Source: an uncultured Candidatus Binatia bacterium | Lineage (GTDB): Bacteria; Desulfobacterota; Binatia; UBA9968; JAJDTQ01 | Assembly (NCBI GenBank): GCA_964291295.2 | Contig: OZ219754.1 | Span: 2,624,001-2,688,000 of the forward strand | DNA length: 64,000 nt | Reading direction: 5' to 3' | Shown here: piece by piece, positions 9,302 through 17,470 of the stretch | How the letters are laid out: each line of letters opens with the position of its first letter | Numbering within the stretch: the stretch's first letter is position 1 | Translations under genes and position numbers: made by a program | Notes under the pieces: generated by a model | The model's input: only the letters and a program-made list of their open reading frames with translations | What the model was told of the DNA's origin: nothing | Databases searched by the model: none

Positions 9302-10595
9302 GCCCAAGCGCAAGACCTGGTCGGTGGGCGGTCCGATGCGGCTGGGCCTGCTGCTGCTCGTGGTGGGGTTCGTCGGCGTGCTGGCCTGGGCCTCGGCGGT
9401 GCAGATCCACGGCGCGGTGATCGCGCCGGGAAGTGTCGAGGTGGAATCACGGCGCCAGGCCGTCCAGCATCCCGACGGCGGGATCGTGGCGGCGCTTCCG
9501 GTGCGCGAAGGCGCGCGCGTCGAGGCGGGGGCGGCCATCCTGGAACTCGACGCCACCGACTTGGCCTCCGAAAAGGCGCTTCTGATGCGGCAGTTGCAGG
9601 AAGTGCGGGCACGTATCGACCGTCTCTCGGCCGAGGCCCGGGCCAGTGAAAAGGTCGTGTTCCGAGATGCGGCCGCGGCGGTGAACGACCCGGTGCTCGC
9701 GACGCTGCTGGCTGACGAGCGGACCCTGTTCGAGACCGGCCGCGAGTCGCTGCTGCAGACCGTCAAGCAGATCAGCCAGCGCAAGGCCTCCACCGTGGCC
9801 TTCATCGAAGGGCTGCGGCTGCAGCTGGAGGCGGCCCGGGATCAGCAGGCTCTGGTCGGTTTGGAAGCCCGCGCCAAGGAGAAACTGCTGGAGAGGGATC
9901 TGATCCCCAAGCCGGAGGTTTGGCGACTGCTCCGGGACGAGGCTGAGTTCAAGGGCGCCCTCGGCAAGCTGAATGCCGAGGTTGCACAGGGCCGGAGCAT
10001 GATCGCCTCCTACGAAATCGAACGGCTGCGCATCCTGGCGGAGCGGCGCGAAAAGGCCCAGGGCGAGTTGCGCGAGCTGCAGCCGCGCGAGGCCGAGCTT
10101 GCCGAGCGTCTCCGGGTGGTGGAGACTCGCCTGTCGCGGCTCGTGCTGCGCGCGCCGATGGCGGGGGTGGTGCACGGGCTCAGGGTGTTCACCGTGGGCG
10201 GGGTGATCCCGGCGGGTGCGGAGGTGGCGACGATCGTGCCCGAAGGGGTGCCGCTGGTGCCCAGGGTACGGGTTGATGCGAGTCAGATCGATGAAGTTCG
10301 GGCCGGGCAGGACGTGACCGTGCGGTTCCCGGCGTTCAACTCCCGCACCACACCGGAGTTTACCGGGCAGGTGCGCACCGTGTCGGCCGACGCGCTGGTG
10401 GACGAGGCCAGCGGCGTCCGCTACTACACTGCGGAGATTACGTTGAGCGGAGAATCGGAAGCGGAGGTCCGCGCGCGCGGCATCGTACCCGGCATGCCGG
10501 TCGAGGCGTTTATCCGCACGCGCGCCCGCACACCGCTCGCCTTCCTGCTCAATCCCTTCACCGACTATATTCGCCACGCCTTCCGCGAGGAGTGA
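9294..10595 (+). CDS. prtE: HlyD/PrtE-family type I secretion membrane fusion protein
   Basis: Start MTEPKRK overlapping the prtD stop; TM helix, VQHPDGGIV, coiled coil, LRAPMAGVV, PGMPVEAFIRT...FREE. Confidence 0.9.
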   Translation: MTEPKRKTWSVGGPMRLGLLLLVVGFVGVLAWASAVQIHGAVIAPGSVEVESRRQAVQHPDGGIVAALPVREGARVEAGAAILELDATDLASEKALLMRQLQEVRARIDRLSAEARASEKVVFRDAAAAVNDPVLATLLADERTLFETGRESLLQTVKQISQRKASTVAFIEGLRLQLEAARDQQALVGLEARAKEKLLERDLIPKPEVWRLLRDEAEFKGALGKLNAEVAQGRSMIASYEIERLRILAERREKAQGELRELQPREAELAERLRVVETRLSRLVLRAPMAGVVHGLRVFTVGGVIPAGAEVATIVPEGVPLVPRVRVDASQIDEVRAGQDVTVRFPAFNSRTTPEFTGQVRTVSADALVDEASGVRYYTAEITLSGESEAEVRARGIVPGMPVEAFIRTRARTPLAFLLNPFTDYIRHAFREE

Positions 10596-11047
10596 GAAGC
10601 CCTGCGGGAATCAGTACGGGTAGTCAAGGTGCAGGTGACGCCGGTTCCGGGCAGGCCGCAGCACACCACCCGCACCGGACCACTGCCCTGACTGGCTTGC
10701 GGTCCATTCGAGGAGCGTTGCGAGATCGCCCTGAAGGGGCTGGCCCATATCGACCAACCATATCCATCGGTCGGCCGGGAGCGGCGTCGCGTTGCGAGAA
10801 GCCCGCGAATTCCTCGTCCGTCAGCCCGGCGCGCCAGCCGACAGCGGTTGGCAGCGCGCCCATCCCTCCGGCAGAACCGTTTGTTCCGCGCTCTTGGGCG
10901 ACCGGGGGTGTGCGCTGTGGAGCGGCCGAAACGCGCTGCTCCCCTCAGGCAGTCCGACCGTCCTGACGCCGCTGTTTTGGCCGCGGCCGGTGACTTTGGC
11001 TATCCTTCCGCGGCATGCCCGTCTTTTCCCGACGTCGATTCGCCGTC

Positions 11048-11791
11048 ATGCACCTCGAAACCCTGCTGATCATCTTCGTGGCCCTGGCCGCCGGAGCGTT
11101 CTCGAAAGGGGCCACCGGCATGGGTCTTCCGCTCATTGCCGTACCCATCATGGCGGGTTTCCTGGGCGCACAGCAGACGGTCATCGTCATCACGGTCCCC
11201 AATCTGGTAAGCAACTTCTGGATCATCTGGTCCTACCGGTCCAGGTTCCACACCGTGCCGAGACTCGTCTCCTCCACCTTGGCGGGCGCCTTGGGGGTGG
11301 CCGCCGGCACCTGGTTCCTGGCGACATCCGACGAGCGCCTGCTCACCCTGGTGCTGGCGGTTTGCGTAGGCTCCTATCTGGTTCTTCTGGCTTTCAGGAT
11401 CGACCTGCGCTTCTCCGGCCGGCCCGGCCGCATGCTCTCCCTCCTCCTTGCCGCCGCGGCCGGTGTATCCCAAGGGGCCACCGGCATGTCCAGCGCGGTG
11501 GTGGTGGCGTGGGCACGGGCGTTCGGCCTGGAGAAGGAAGGGCTCATCCTCGCGGCGTCGACCCTGTTCCTGGGTCTCACCACGACGCACTTTCTTTTTG
11601 TGCTGGCCGCAGGGCTGTTCGACCGGCAGCTTCTCGGCCAAGCATTCCTTGCGGTGGTTCCCATCGCGGCGTTCCTGCCCCTGGGCATGCGCGTGACCCC
11701 CTACATCAGCAGGCATTGGTTCAACCGGATCATCGTGACCCTGATCGTGGTGATGGAGGTCAGGCTGATCTGGCGGGGGGTCATGGAGTAG
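11048..11791 (+). CDS. TSUP (TauE/SafE) family transporter
   Basis: AGAFSKGATGMG repeated in the second half (AGVSQGATGM); about 8 hydrophobic segments. Confidence 0.75.
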   Translation: MHLETLLIIFVALAAGAFSKGATGMGLPLIAVPIMAGFLGAQQTVIVITVPNLVSNFWIIWSYRSRFHTVPRLVSSTLAGALGVAAGTWFLATSDERLLTLVLAVCVGSYLVLLAFRIDLRFSGRPGRMLSLLLAAAAGVSQGATGMSSAVVVAWARAFGLEKEGLILAASTLFLGLTTTHFLFVLAAGLFDRQLLGQAFLAVVPIAAFLPLGMRVTPYISRHWFNRIIVTLIVVMEVRLIWRGVME

Positions 11792-11894
11792 CATGAGGCA
11801 GGAACGCGCCGGCCTCCTTGCGGGTGTGCGGTTCGCACCGGAGTTGCCGGGGTTCCGAGCCGGGCATGCTGTTCCGAGCCACAGGTTTTGCCGG

Positions 11895-11910
11895 TCCCGC
11901 GAAAGCGGGA
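11895..11910. terminator. hairpin between TSUP gene and the original argC 3' end
   Basis: TCCCGC-GAAA-GCGGGA stem-loop between convergent stops (11791 and 11930). Confidence 0.4.
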
Positions 11911-11929
11911 AGCCGGAAGCGGCTCGGGG

Positions 11930-11958
11930 TCAGCCGGGCAGGTGAGCGGTCTCGGGGA
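11930..11958 (-). other. displaced original 3' end of argC (PETAHLPG*) including left target duplication
   Basis: Joining 15685 to 11950 restores in-frame ...NLMLGLPE-TAHLPG-TGA; left copy CTCGGGGA at 11951-11958. Confidence 0.75.
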
Positions 11959-11982
11959 GAGGATTATATACGATAGTGCCGG
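11959..11982. repeat. terminal inverted repeat (left end) of IS1595-like element
   Basis: Core ATATACGATAG shared in inverted orientation with 15667-15677, at the same offset from the target duplication. Confidence 0.8.
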
Positions 11983-11991
11983 GATCGCCTG

Positions 11992-12150
11992 TCAGGATGG
12001 GCGGTCCTTCCACTTGATGTTGACGGGATTCAGCACGGCGCGCGCCAAGTTCTTCGGGGGCGGCTTCGAGCCGTCCATTTTCCGAATGTCGATTTCTTCC
12101 TTCATGTCCGCCTTGCTCGGCTGGCAGGACGAGCGAACCCGGATGACGGA
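11992..12150 (-). pseudogene. small ORF remnant next to the element end
   Basis: Reads VRSSCQPSKADMKEEIDIRKMDGSKPPPKNLARAVLNPVNIKWKDRPS*; protein-like composition but no clear start. Confidence 0.35.
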
Positions 12151-12159
12151 GCGAGGCCG

Positions 12160-12620
12160 TGCGACCGAATTTTGCGGTTGGCCATTCCATGATCTCCCGT
12201 TGATCGGCTTCGATGCCCGACGCACTTGCGCTTTCAGCGAGATTCGGCCCGGAGGCTCCTGCACGATGTTCTTTGCACCTTGATTGCAGATTGCAGATAC
12301 TGCACGAGGCGCGCAGGTTATCGACGCTATCACTCCCGCCTTGGGCCTTGTCCACGATGTGGCCGACATGAAGGCGCGCGGGACGCCCGGACCGATCATC
12401 GGGGTCGCCTGCCGCGATACCGCACATTCTGCAAGTGTATCCGTTTCGCTTACGAACCTCTGCCAGCGTCCTGGAACTGATATTCCGGGCAAACTGCATC
12501 GGCGGTTTTGACGGCGGCCATGTCACAAGCCGGTACTCCCCGGCTTGAGGTCGGCAGAATCGTCGTGCGACTGGATCGGCCAGCCTTCTTCATCGCGCAG
12601 TTCCCGCAAGCGGCGGCGGC
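12160..12620 (-). pseudogene. HNH endonuclease (restriction-type), frameshifted
   Basis: Pieces in three frames: RRLRELRDEEGWPIQSHDDSADLKPG / RNGYTCRMCGIAAGD...LHVGHIVDKAQGGSDSVDNLRASCSICN / QGAKNIVQEPP. A 7-bp duplication TTGCAGA at 12284-12297 breaks the frame. Confidence 0.75.
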
Positions 12621-13170
12621 AGTGCATTGTCGATCTGGCGGCACTGTTGCGTCTTGCCACCGTAGAACGCCCAGTCATCGGGGAAGCTCTGTATGCGGGC
12701 GACCATGCGTGCCATGAGCCTGAGAACGCCGTCGAATCCTGGGGAGAGGGGGATTCGCCATGCCGAGGCCGTCAACGCCAAGCGCCGCCCAAGCCTCGCG
12801 CGCGCGAGGGATCGAGATCAGAGCCGCCATGCTTCTTTGGCCCGCCAACAATGGTCGGGGCCACCCTGTTGGCGCGCGCGGCCCATGCCGCCGCACCCTG
12901 CCAGCCGTTGGCCGCCGTCAAATCGCCCAGCGTCTCACCGCGCGTCCAAGGTCGGGAACGGCCACTCCAGCGCGCCGGTAGTGCCTTCCCGAAGCGCGAT
13001 CAGGAACACACGGGAGCGCGTTTGCGGTGTGCCGAAGTCGGCAGCGTTGAGCGTCGCCCAGCAAGACGTGAAGCCCATTGTCTGCAAAGCCGAGTCAACT
13101 CGCGCCCGCACACCGTCGAACTTGGCGTGAAGCAGGCCGCGCGCATTCTCGACCAGCACGGCGCGCGGGC
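12590..13170 (-). pseudogene. DNA (cytosine-5) methyltransferase fragments
   Basis: Motif VI VLVENARGL, motif VIII NAADFGTPQTRSRVFLIALR, TRD APTIVGGPKKHGG, motifs IX-X RMVARIQSFPDDW...RQIDNALPPP. Motifs I-IV absent; several frameshifts. Confidence 0.8.
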
Positions 13171-13448
13171 TGTTCTGCGCACTTGATGCCGACCGGGCCA
13201 GCCACTACTGGCGCACGCCCGAGGCGGGCGGCACGGTGGACAAGGACAAGCCGCCCCCGGTCGGCCGGGCCCTGATCTTCTCCGCCTGCGGCAATACCTG
13301 CCGCAGGCGGAGCGGGCGGGCCGGCAAGCCGGTGCCGCTGGTCGCCGAGGCCCGGAAGGCGGCGTCTGCCTGATGGAGTTGCAGGAACAGGGCTGGACTA
13401 CATCCGGCCATGGCACCCGCCGCCGGAGCTCCCGGCCGCACCAAGGCA

Positions 13449-14501
13449 CTAGACAAATATGAAATCGCCTTCGGTGAGCGAGTCCGCCGCTACATCCAGC
13501 AGCGTCACCGTGTCGCCGGCGCCGCCGTAGGCGACCACGGCGTTGCCGTCGTCGTTGTCCGCGATCGTCAGCCCGCTGAAATCGTGGCCGACCTCGATCA
13601 GGCGGATCGTGTCGCCGTCCCCGAAGTCGCGGACCGTATCGGCGCCGTCGCCCTTGCGAAAGGCGAAGGTGTCGTCGCCCTTGCCGCCGCGCAGCGTATC
13701 GGCGCCGGTGCCGCCATAAAGGGTGTCGTCGCCCTTGCCGCCGCCCAGCATGTCGTCGCCGACACCACCGAACAGGACATCGTCGCCCTTCTTGCCCCAG
13801 AGAGTGTCGTCGCCGTCCTCGCCATACAGCAGGTCGTCTTCGCCGTGGCCCCTGATGGTGTCGTCGCCGGCGCCGCCGTAGATCGTGTCGCGGCCGAAGG
13901 CGCCGTGGAGCGTATTGTCGCCGTCGCCGCCGCGGATGGTGAAGCCGATGCCGGAGGCCTTGAATTCGGCCAGACTCCACCCGTCGAGCTGGACGGTGCC
14001 GCCGCCGTCGCCGCTGGCCCTGTCAAGGTCATACCAGGAGATGGGAGAACTCAGGTAGTCGGCGAAATAGCTGTGAATGGTGCCGTCGTCCGTCCCGCCG
14101 TCGCCGTAGACGATGACGACATAGCCGTCGCGTCCGAGGAAATGGCCGTCGCGTTCGACGATCCGGAAGCGGCCGACCTTCGCGTCGCCAAAGATGAACT
14201 CGATCGTGTCGCGCGCCTCCAGGTCGTGGATGAGGTCGAAGCCGTCGCCGAGGCGGAAGACGAAGGTGTCGTGGCCCTGGTAGAAGTGGCCGCTTCTCTT
14301 CCAGTCGCCCTGGAGCCAGTCGTTGCCCTTGCCGCCGTCGAGAGTGTCGTCCTGACTGCCGCCTACCAACATGTCGGGGCCGCCCCGGCCGTAGAGCTTG
14401 TCCCTGCCCCCGGTGCCGCCATAGAGAAAGTCTGCGCCTTCGGTGCCGTGGAGCGTATTGTCGATCCAGGATCCGATGATTCTTTTATAACCCACCGTCA
14501 T
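13449..14501 (-). CDS. RTX / hemolysin-type calcium-binding repeat protein
   Basis: Many GGxGxDxLx nonapeptides in two blocks; C-terminus ...ADSLTEGDFIFV resembles a T1SS secretion signal; GGAG RBS upstream. Confidence 0.85.
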   Translation of the reverse strand: MTVGYKRIIGSWIDNTLHGTEGADFLYGGTGGRDKLYGRGGPDMLVGGSQDDTLDGGKGNDWLQGDWKRSGHFYQGHDTFVFRLGDGFDLIHDLEARDTIEFIFGDAKVGRFRIVERDGHFLGRDGYVVIVYGDGGTDDGTIHSYFADYLSSPISWYDLDRASGDGGGTVQLDGWSLAEFKASGIGFTIRGGDGDNTLHGAFGRDTIYGGAGDDTIRGHGEDDLLYGEDGDDTLWGKKGDDVLFGGVGDDMLGGGKGDDTLYGGTGADTLRGGKGDDTFAFRKGDGADTVRDFGDGDTIRLIEVGHDFSGLTIADNDDGNAVVAYGGAGDTVTLLDVAADSLTEGDFIFV

Positions 14502-15065
14502 TCCTCCGTTGGAACAGGCCGCCTCGGCCGCTGCCGCGGGCGGCCATGGTATGGGAGCCGTCCTCCCCCAGGTATCGAAATGGCATGGACGGTGTCGTCG
14601 TCCGTGCCGCCGTCGCCGTAGATGATGACTCCATAGTCGTCGCGCTTGATGAACCGGAAGCGGCCGACGTCCTCGTCGCCCCAGATGAACTCGATGGTGT
14701 CGTGCATCTCCAGACCGGAAATGTAGTCTTGGCCGTCGCCGCGGCGGAAGATGCAGGTGTCGGCGTCCTCGCTGCCCCTGAGCCAGTCGTTGCCCTTGCC
14801 GCTGTCAAGAGTATCTTTGCCCCCATCGCCGTCCAGAAGGTCATGGCCGTCCTCGCCTGACAGCATGTCGTCGCCCCCTGTTGCCAACGAGCCAGTCCTT
14901 GCTTCCGCCGCCGTAGATACGGCCGTGTCCAGTCAGGCCATTGAGATAGTCGTGGCCGTCCTCGCCATGCATTGCGTCGTTCCACCAAGGTCCGCGCCGT
15001 CCCTTGAAATCGGTCTTTGCCGCCTCCCGCAAAGATCTCGGTTCAGGTCTCGGTTTGCACGTCAC
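14498..15065 (-). pseudogene. degenerate RTX protein paralog
   Basis: GEDGHDYLNG / GGDDMLSGEDGHDLLDGDGGKDTLDSGKGND repeats split over frames; shares the DTIEF..GD..VGRFR...YGDGGTDD block with 13449-14501. Confidence 0.7.
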
Positions 15066-15099
15066 GGTGGATTATACCGGAACGCCGGCGCCCTGCAAG

Positions 15100-15595
15100 G
15101 GCCGGCAACGCAGCCTTCCGCTTGGAGCGCGGCAGATTCTTCCGCTTCCTGCCGATGCAGGTTCGAGCACCTCGACCGGCCCGGCAAAGGACGCATCCTC
15201 ACACTTCCACGATTCCCGAATGCCATGCGCCAGATGCTACGCCGCCTTCTGCGTGATCTTCGGATCGCGGTGCCGCTTCATGCTGCTGAGGCCCTTCCGG
15301 TTCGCCGCCAACAGGTAGAAGGTGATGGCCCAGACCTGGTATCCGAGATTCGACGCCTGCATGGCCGCGCCGGTGCGAACGCTGAACCGCTTGCCGATCC
15401 CCTTTCGCGGCATCGGTGCGTCATGGTCTTGTGCGTGATCGGGTGCTGGACATTCACCGAACCGCAGTGCGCGCCGTCCGGCCAGCGCCGCTTGATGAAC
15501 CATGCTTCGGCGGTCGCATCGTCCGGGAACCGGCGCATGGTCGCGATAGGCGGGATTACCTGCCTTCGATGCTTGCCCGGTGCGTTGTGTGCCAT
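15100..15595 (-). pseudogene. IS1595-family (ISXO2-like) transposase remnant
   Basis: MAHNAPGKH...FPDDATAEAWFIKRRWPDG..HCGS (Zn ribbon), KRFSVRTGAAMQASNLGYQVWAI...KGLSSMK.HRD..ITQKAA*HLAHGIRE...FAGPVEV. Frameshifts, a W-to-stop change, and the remaining DDE domain is missing. Confidence 0.85.
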
Positions 15596-15660
15596 TCCTC
15601 TATCTTCTTGCTTGCAAAAGAAAATACAGGAAGAGGCCGGGGGAAGGGGGCAGTGTCGAT

Positions 15661-15684
15661 TCGGCGCTATCGTATATGACTCCC
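15661..15684. repeat. terminal inverted repeat (transposase-proximal end) of IS1595-like element
   Basis: TCGGCGCTATCGTATATGACTCCC, inverted match to 11959-11982; followed by duplication CTCGGGAA at 15685-15692. Confidence 0.8.
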
Positions 15685-16620
15685 CTCGGGAAGGCCGAGC
15701 ATGAGGTTCAGGTTCTGGATGGCGACGCCGCTGGCGCCCTTGCCGAGGTTGTCGAGGAGTGCCACCAGCAAGGTGTGTCCCGAGGGGTGGGGAAGCACGT
15801 GAAGCTCCACGCGGTTGGTGTCGTTGCACGCCCGCGGGTCGAGGCTGCGCTCATGGGCCGCGCGCGGGTCCGGATGGGGCACCACCCGCACGAAGGGCTC
15901 GCCCGCATAGCGGTCCCGCAGGCACTCCAGGATGGCCGAGCTGGTGCCGCCCGCGGGCAGCAGACCCAGGGGAATCGGCACCTCCACCCGCATGCCGCAG
16001 CGGAAGGGTCCCACCGCCGGCACGAACTGCGGCTCCAGAGTGAGTCTGCCGTAAGCCATCATCTCGGGGATGTGCTTGTGGCGCGCTCCCAGAGCATAGG
16101 GGGCTTCGTAGGGCAATGAGCCCAGCCCGCGCTCCGGGCTCTCCCATTTCTCGATCAGTCCGCGCCCACCGCCGGAATAGCCCGACAGCGCATGAATGGA
16201 CACCGGGGTGTCCTGAGGCAGGAGCCCGGCGTCCACCAGCGGTCGGGTCAACAGGATGACGGCCGAGGGATAACAGCCGGGGTTGGCCACGAATCGGGCT
16301 TCGCGGATGGCGTCCCGCTGCCCGGCATCCAGTTCCGGCAGCCCGTAGGTCCACCCATGGGCGACCCGGTGGGCGGTGCTGGCGTCGATGACCCGGGTGC
16401 CCTCCGCAGCGGCCCATCGGGCAGCCTCCGGCGCCGCGTCGTCCGGCAGGCACAGCACGGTCACGTCCGCCGCCGCGATGGCGTCATGGCGCGCCGCGCC
16501 GTCCTTGCGCCGCCCTTCGTCCAGCGTGGACAGATCGATATCCTGGCGTCCCGCGAGCCAGTCGCGTATGCGCAGCCCGGTGGTGCCCGCATGGCCGTCT
16601 ATGTAGATTCTGGGCGGCAC
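15667..16620 (-). CDS. argC: N-acetyl-gamma-glutamyl-phosphate reductase (type 2 ArgC)
   Basis: IYIDGHAGTTGL, DASTAHR, ANPGCY, SGYSGGG, DNLGKGASG motifs; last 5 residues are encoded by the IS inverted repeat. Confidence 0.92.
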   Translation of the reverse strand: MPPRIYIDGHAGTTGLRIRDWLAGRQDIDLSTLDEGRRKDGAARHDAIAAADVTVLCLPDDAAPEAARWAAAEGTRVIDASTAHRVAHGWTYGLPELDAGQRDAIREARFVANPGCYPSAVILLTRPLVDAGLLPQDTPVSIHALSGYSGGGRGLIEKWESPERGLGSLPYEAPYALGARHKHIPEMMAYGRLTLEPQFVPAVGPFRCGMRVEVPIPLGLLPAGGTSSAILECLRDRYAGEPFVRVVPHPDPRAAHERSLDPRACNDTNRVELHVLPHPSGHTLLVALLDNLGKGASGVAIQNLNLMLGLPEGSHIR

Positions 16621-16816
16621 GGAATCGTCCGGACCCCGCCGCGGTGCGCGGCAGGGGCAGAGAGATGAACCTGCCGGAACAACTTATCAGAAAACCCCAC
16701 CTGTTGACATGCGGCTTTACGACGCCGCGGGGAATTGCTAGTTCTTGCTTCCAGTTCGCCGCCTGCGCGCGCATGGCGACGGCGGGGCCAGTTCAGCGAC
16801 CGCCAAGGAGGAAAGA

Positions 16817-17320
16817 ATGGATGCCGATGCCAAGAAGACCGCGCTCCGCATGATTCCGTATGGACTGTACGTATTGACCAGTGAGGCCGGGGACGGCCGG
16901 GTGGCCGCGGCCACGGTGAACTGGGTGACCCAGGCATCCTTCGCGCCCCCTCTGGTGGTGGTGGGAGTGAAGGCGGATTCGGGGGCTCACGAGATCATCA
17001 AGGAATCCGGAAACTTCGCCCTGAACGTCCTGGGCAAGGGGCAACAGGGTCAGGCCTTTACGTTCTTCAAGTCGCTGGAGCGGGAAGGTGATACGATCGG
17101 CGGCGAAGTGTTTGCCGCCGGGGCGACCGGTGCTCCCGTGCTGGCCAGCGCGCCGGCCTTCGTCGAGTGCAGGCTGGTGGACACGGTGGAGAAGGGCGAT
17201 CATTCCGTGTTTGTCGGCGAAGTGGTGGAGGCCGGCGTGCGGGGGGAGGTCTCCGGTCGGGCGGATGACGCCACCCTGCTTCTCAAGGACCTGGGCGAGA
17301 AGACCTTCTACGGCGGTTGA
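16817..17320 (+). CDS. flavin reductase-like protein
   Basis: LRMIPYGLYVLT, WVTQASFAPP, GDHSVFVGEV; AGGAGG RBS. Confidence 0.85.
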   Translation: MDADAKKTALRMIPYGLYVLTSEAGDGRVAAATVNWVTQASFAPPLVVVGVKADSGAHEIIKESGNFALNVLGKGQQGQAFTFFKSLEREGDTIGGEVFAAGATGAPVLASAPAFVECRLVDTVEKGDHSVFVGEVVEAGVRGEVSGRADDATLLLKDLGEKTFYGG

Positions 17321-17470
17321 TCTCCGCAACGGAGAGTTCCCGGCCGGGGCGGTGCCGCAGGCGGGGTCGCCTTGCGGCGGCAGGGCCATTCGGGGCATCT
17401 CTCGCGTCGCGGATGCCGGGGCGCTTCGGGCCGCGGCCCGTGCCAGCGGGGTCCATGGAGACGGACATCG

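Larger units (their letters stand above)
11959..15684 (-). mobile_element. IS1595-family cargo-carrying element (degenerate), inserted in argC 3' end
   Basis: Imperfect terminal IRs GAGGATTATATACGATAGTGCCGG (11959-11982) and reverse complement GGGAGTCATATACGATAGCGCCGA (15661-15684); flanking CTCGGGGA/CTCGGGAA duplication; IS1595 transposase remnant just inside the right end. Confidence 0.8.

Noticed and set aside
10596-11040. Possible IS end or small ORFs downstream of prtE (GGGTAGTCAAG at ~10618)
   Set aside because: No matching partner repeat or target duplication found, and the ORFs lack credible protein features.
13600-13930. Regular 27-bp repeats resembling a CRISPR or tandem array
   Set aside because: They encode RTX nonapeptides; no unique spacers and no cas genes.
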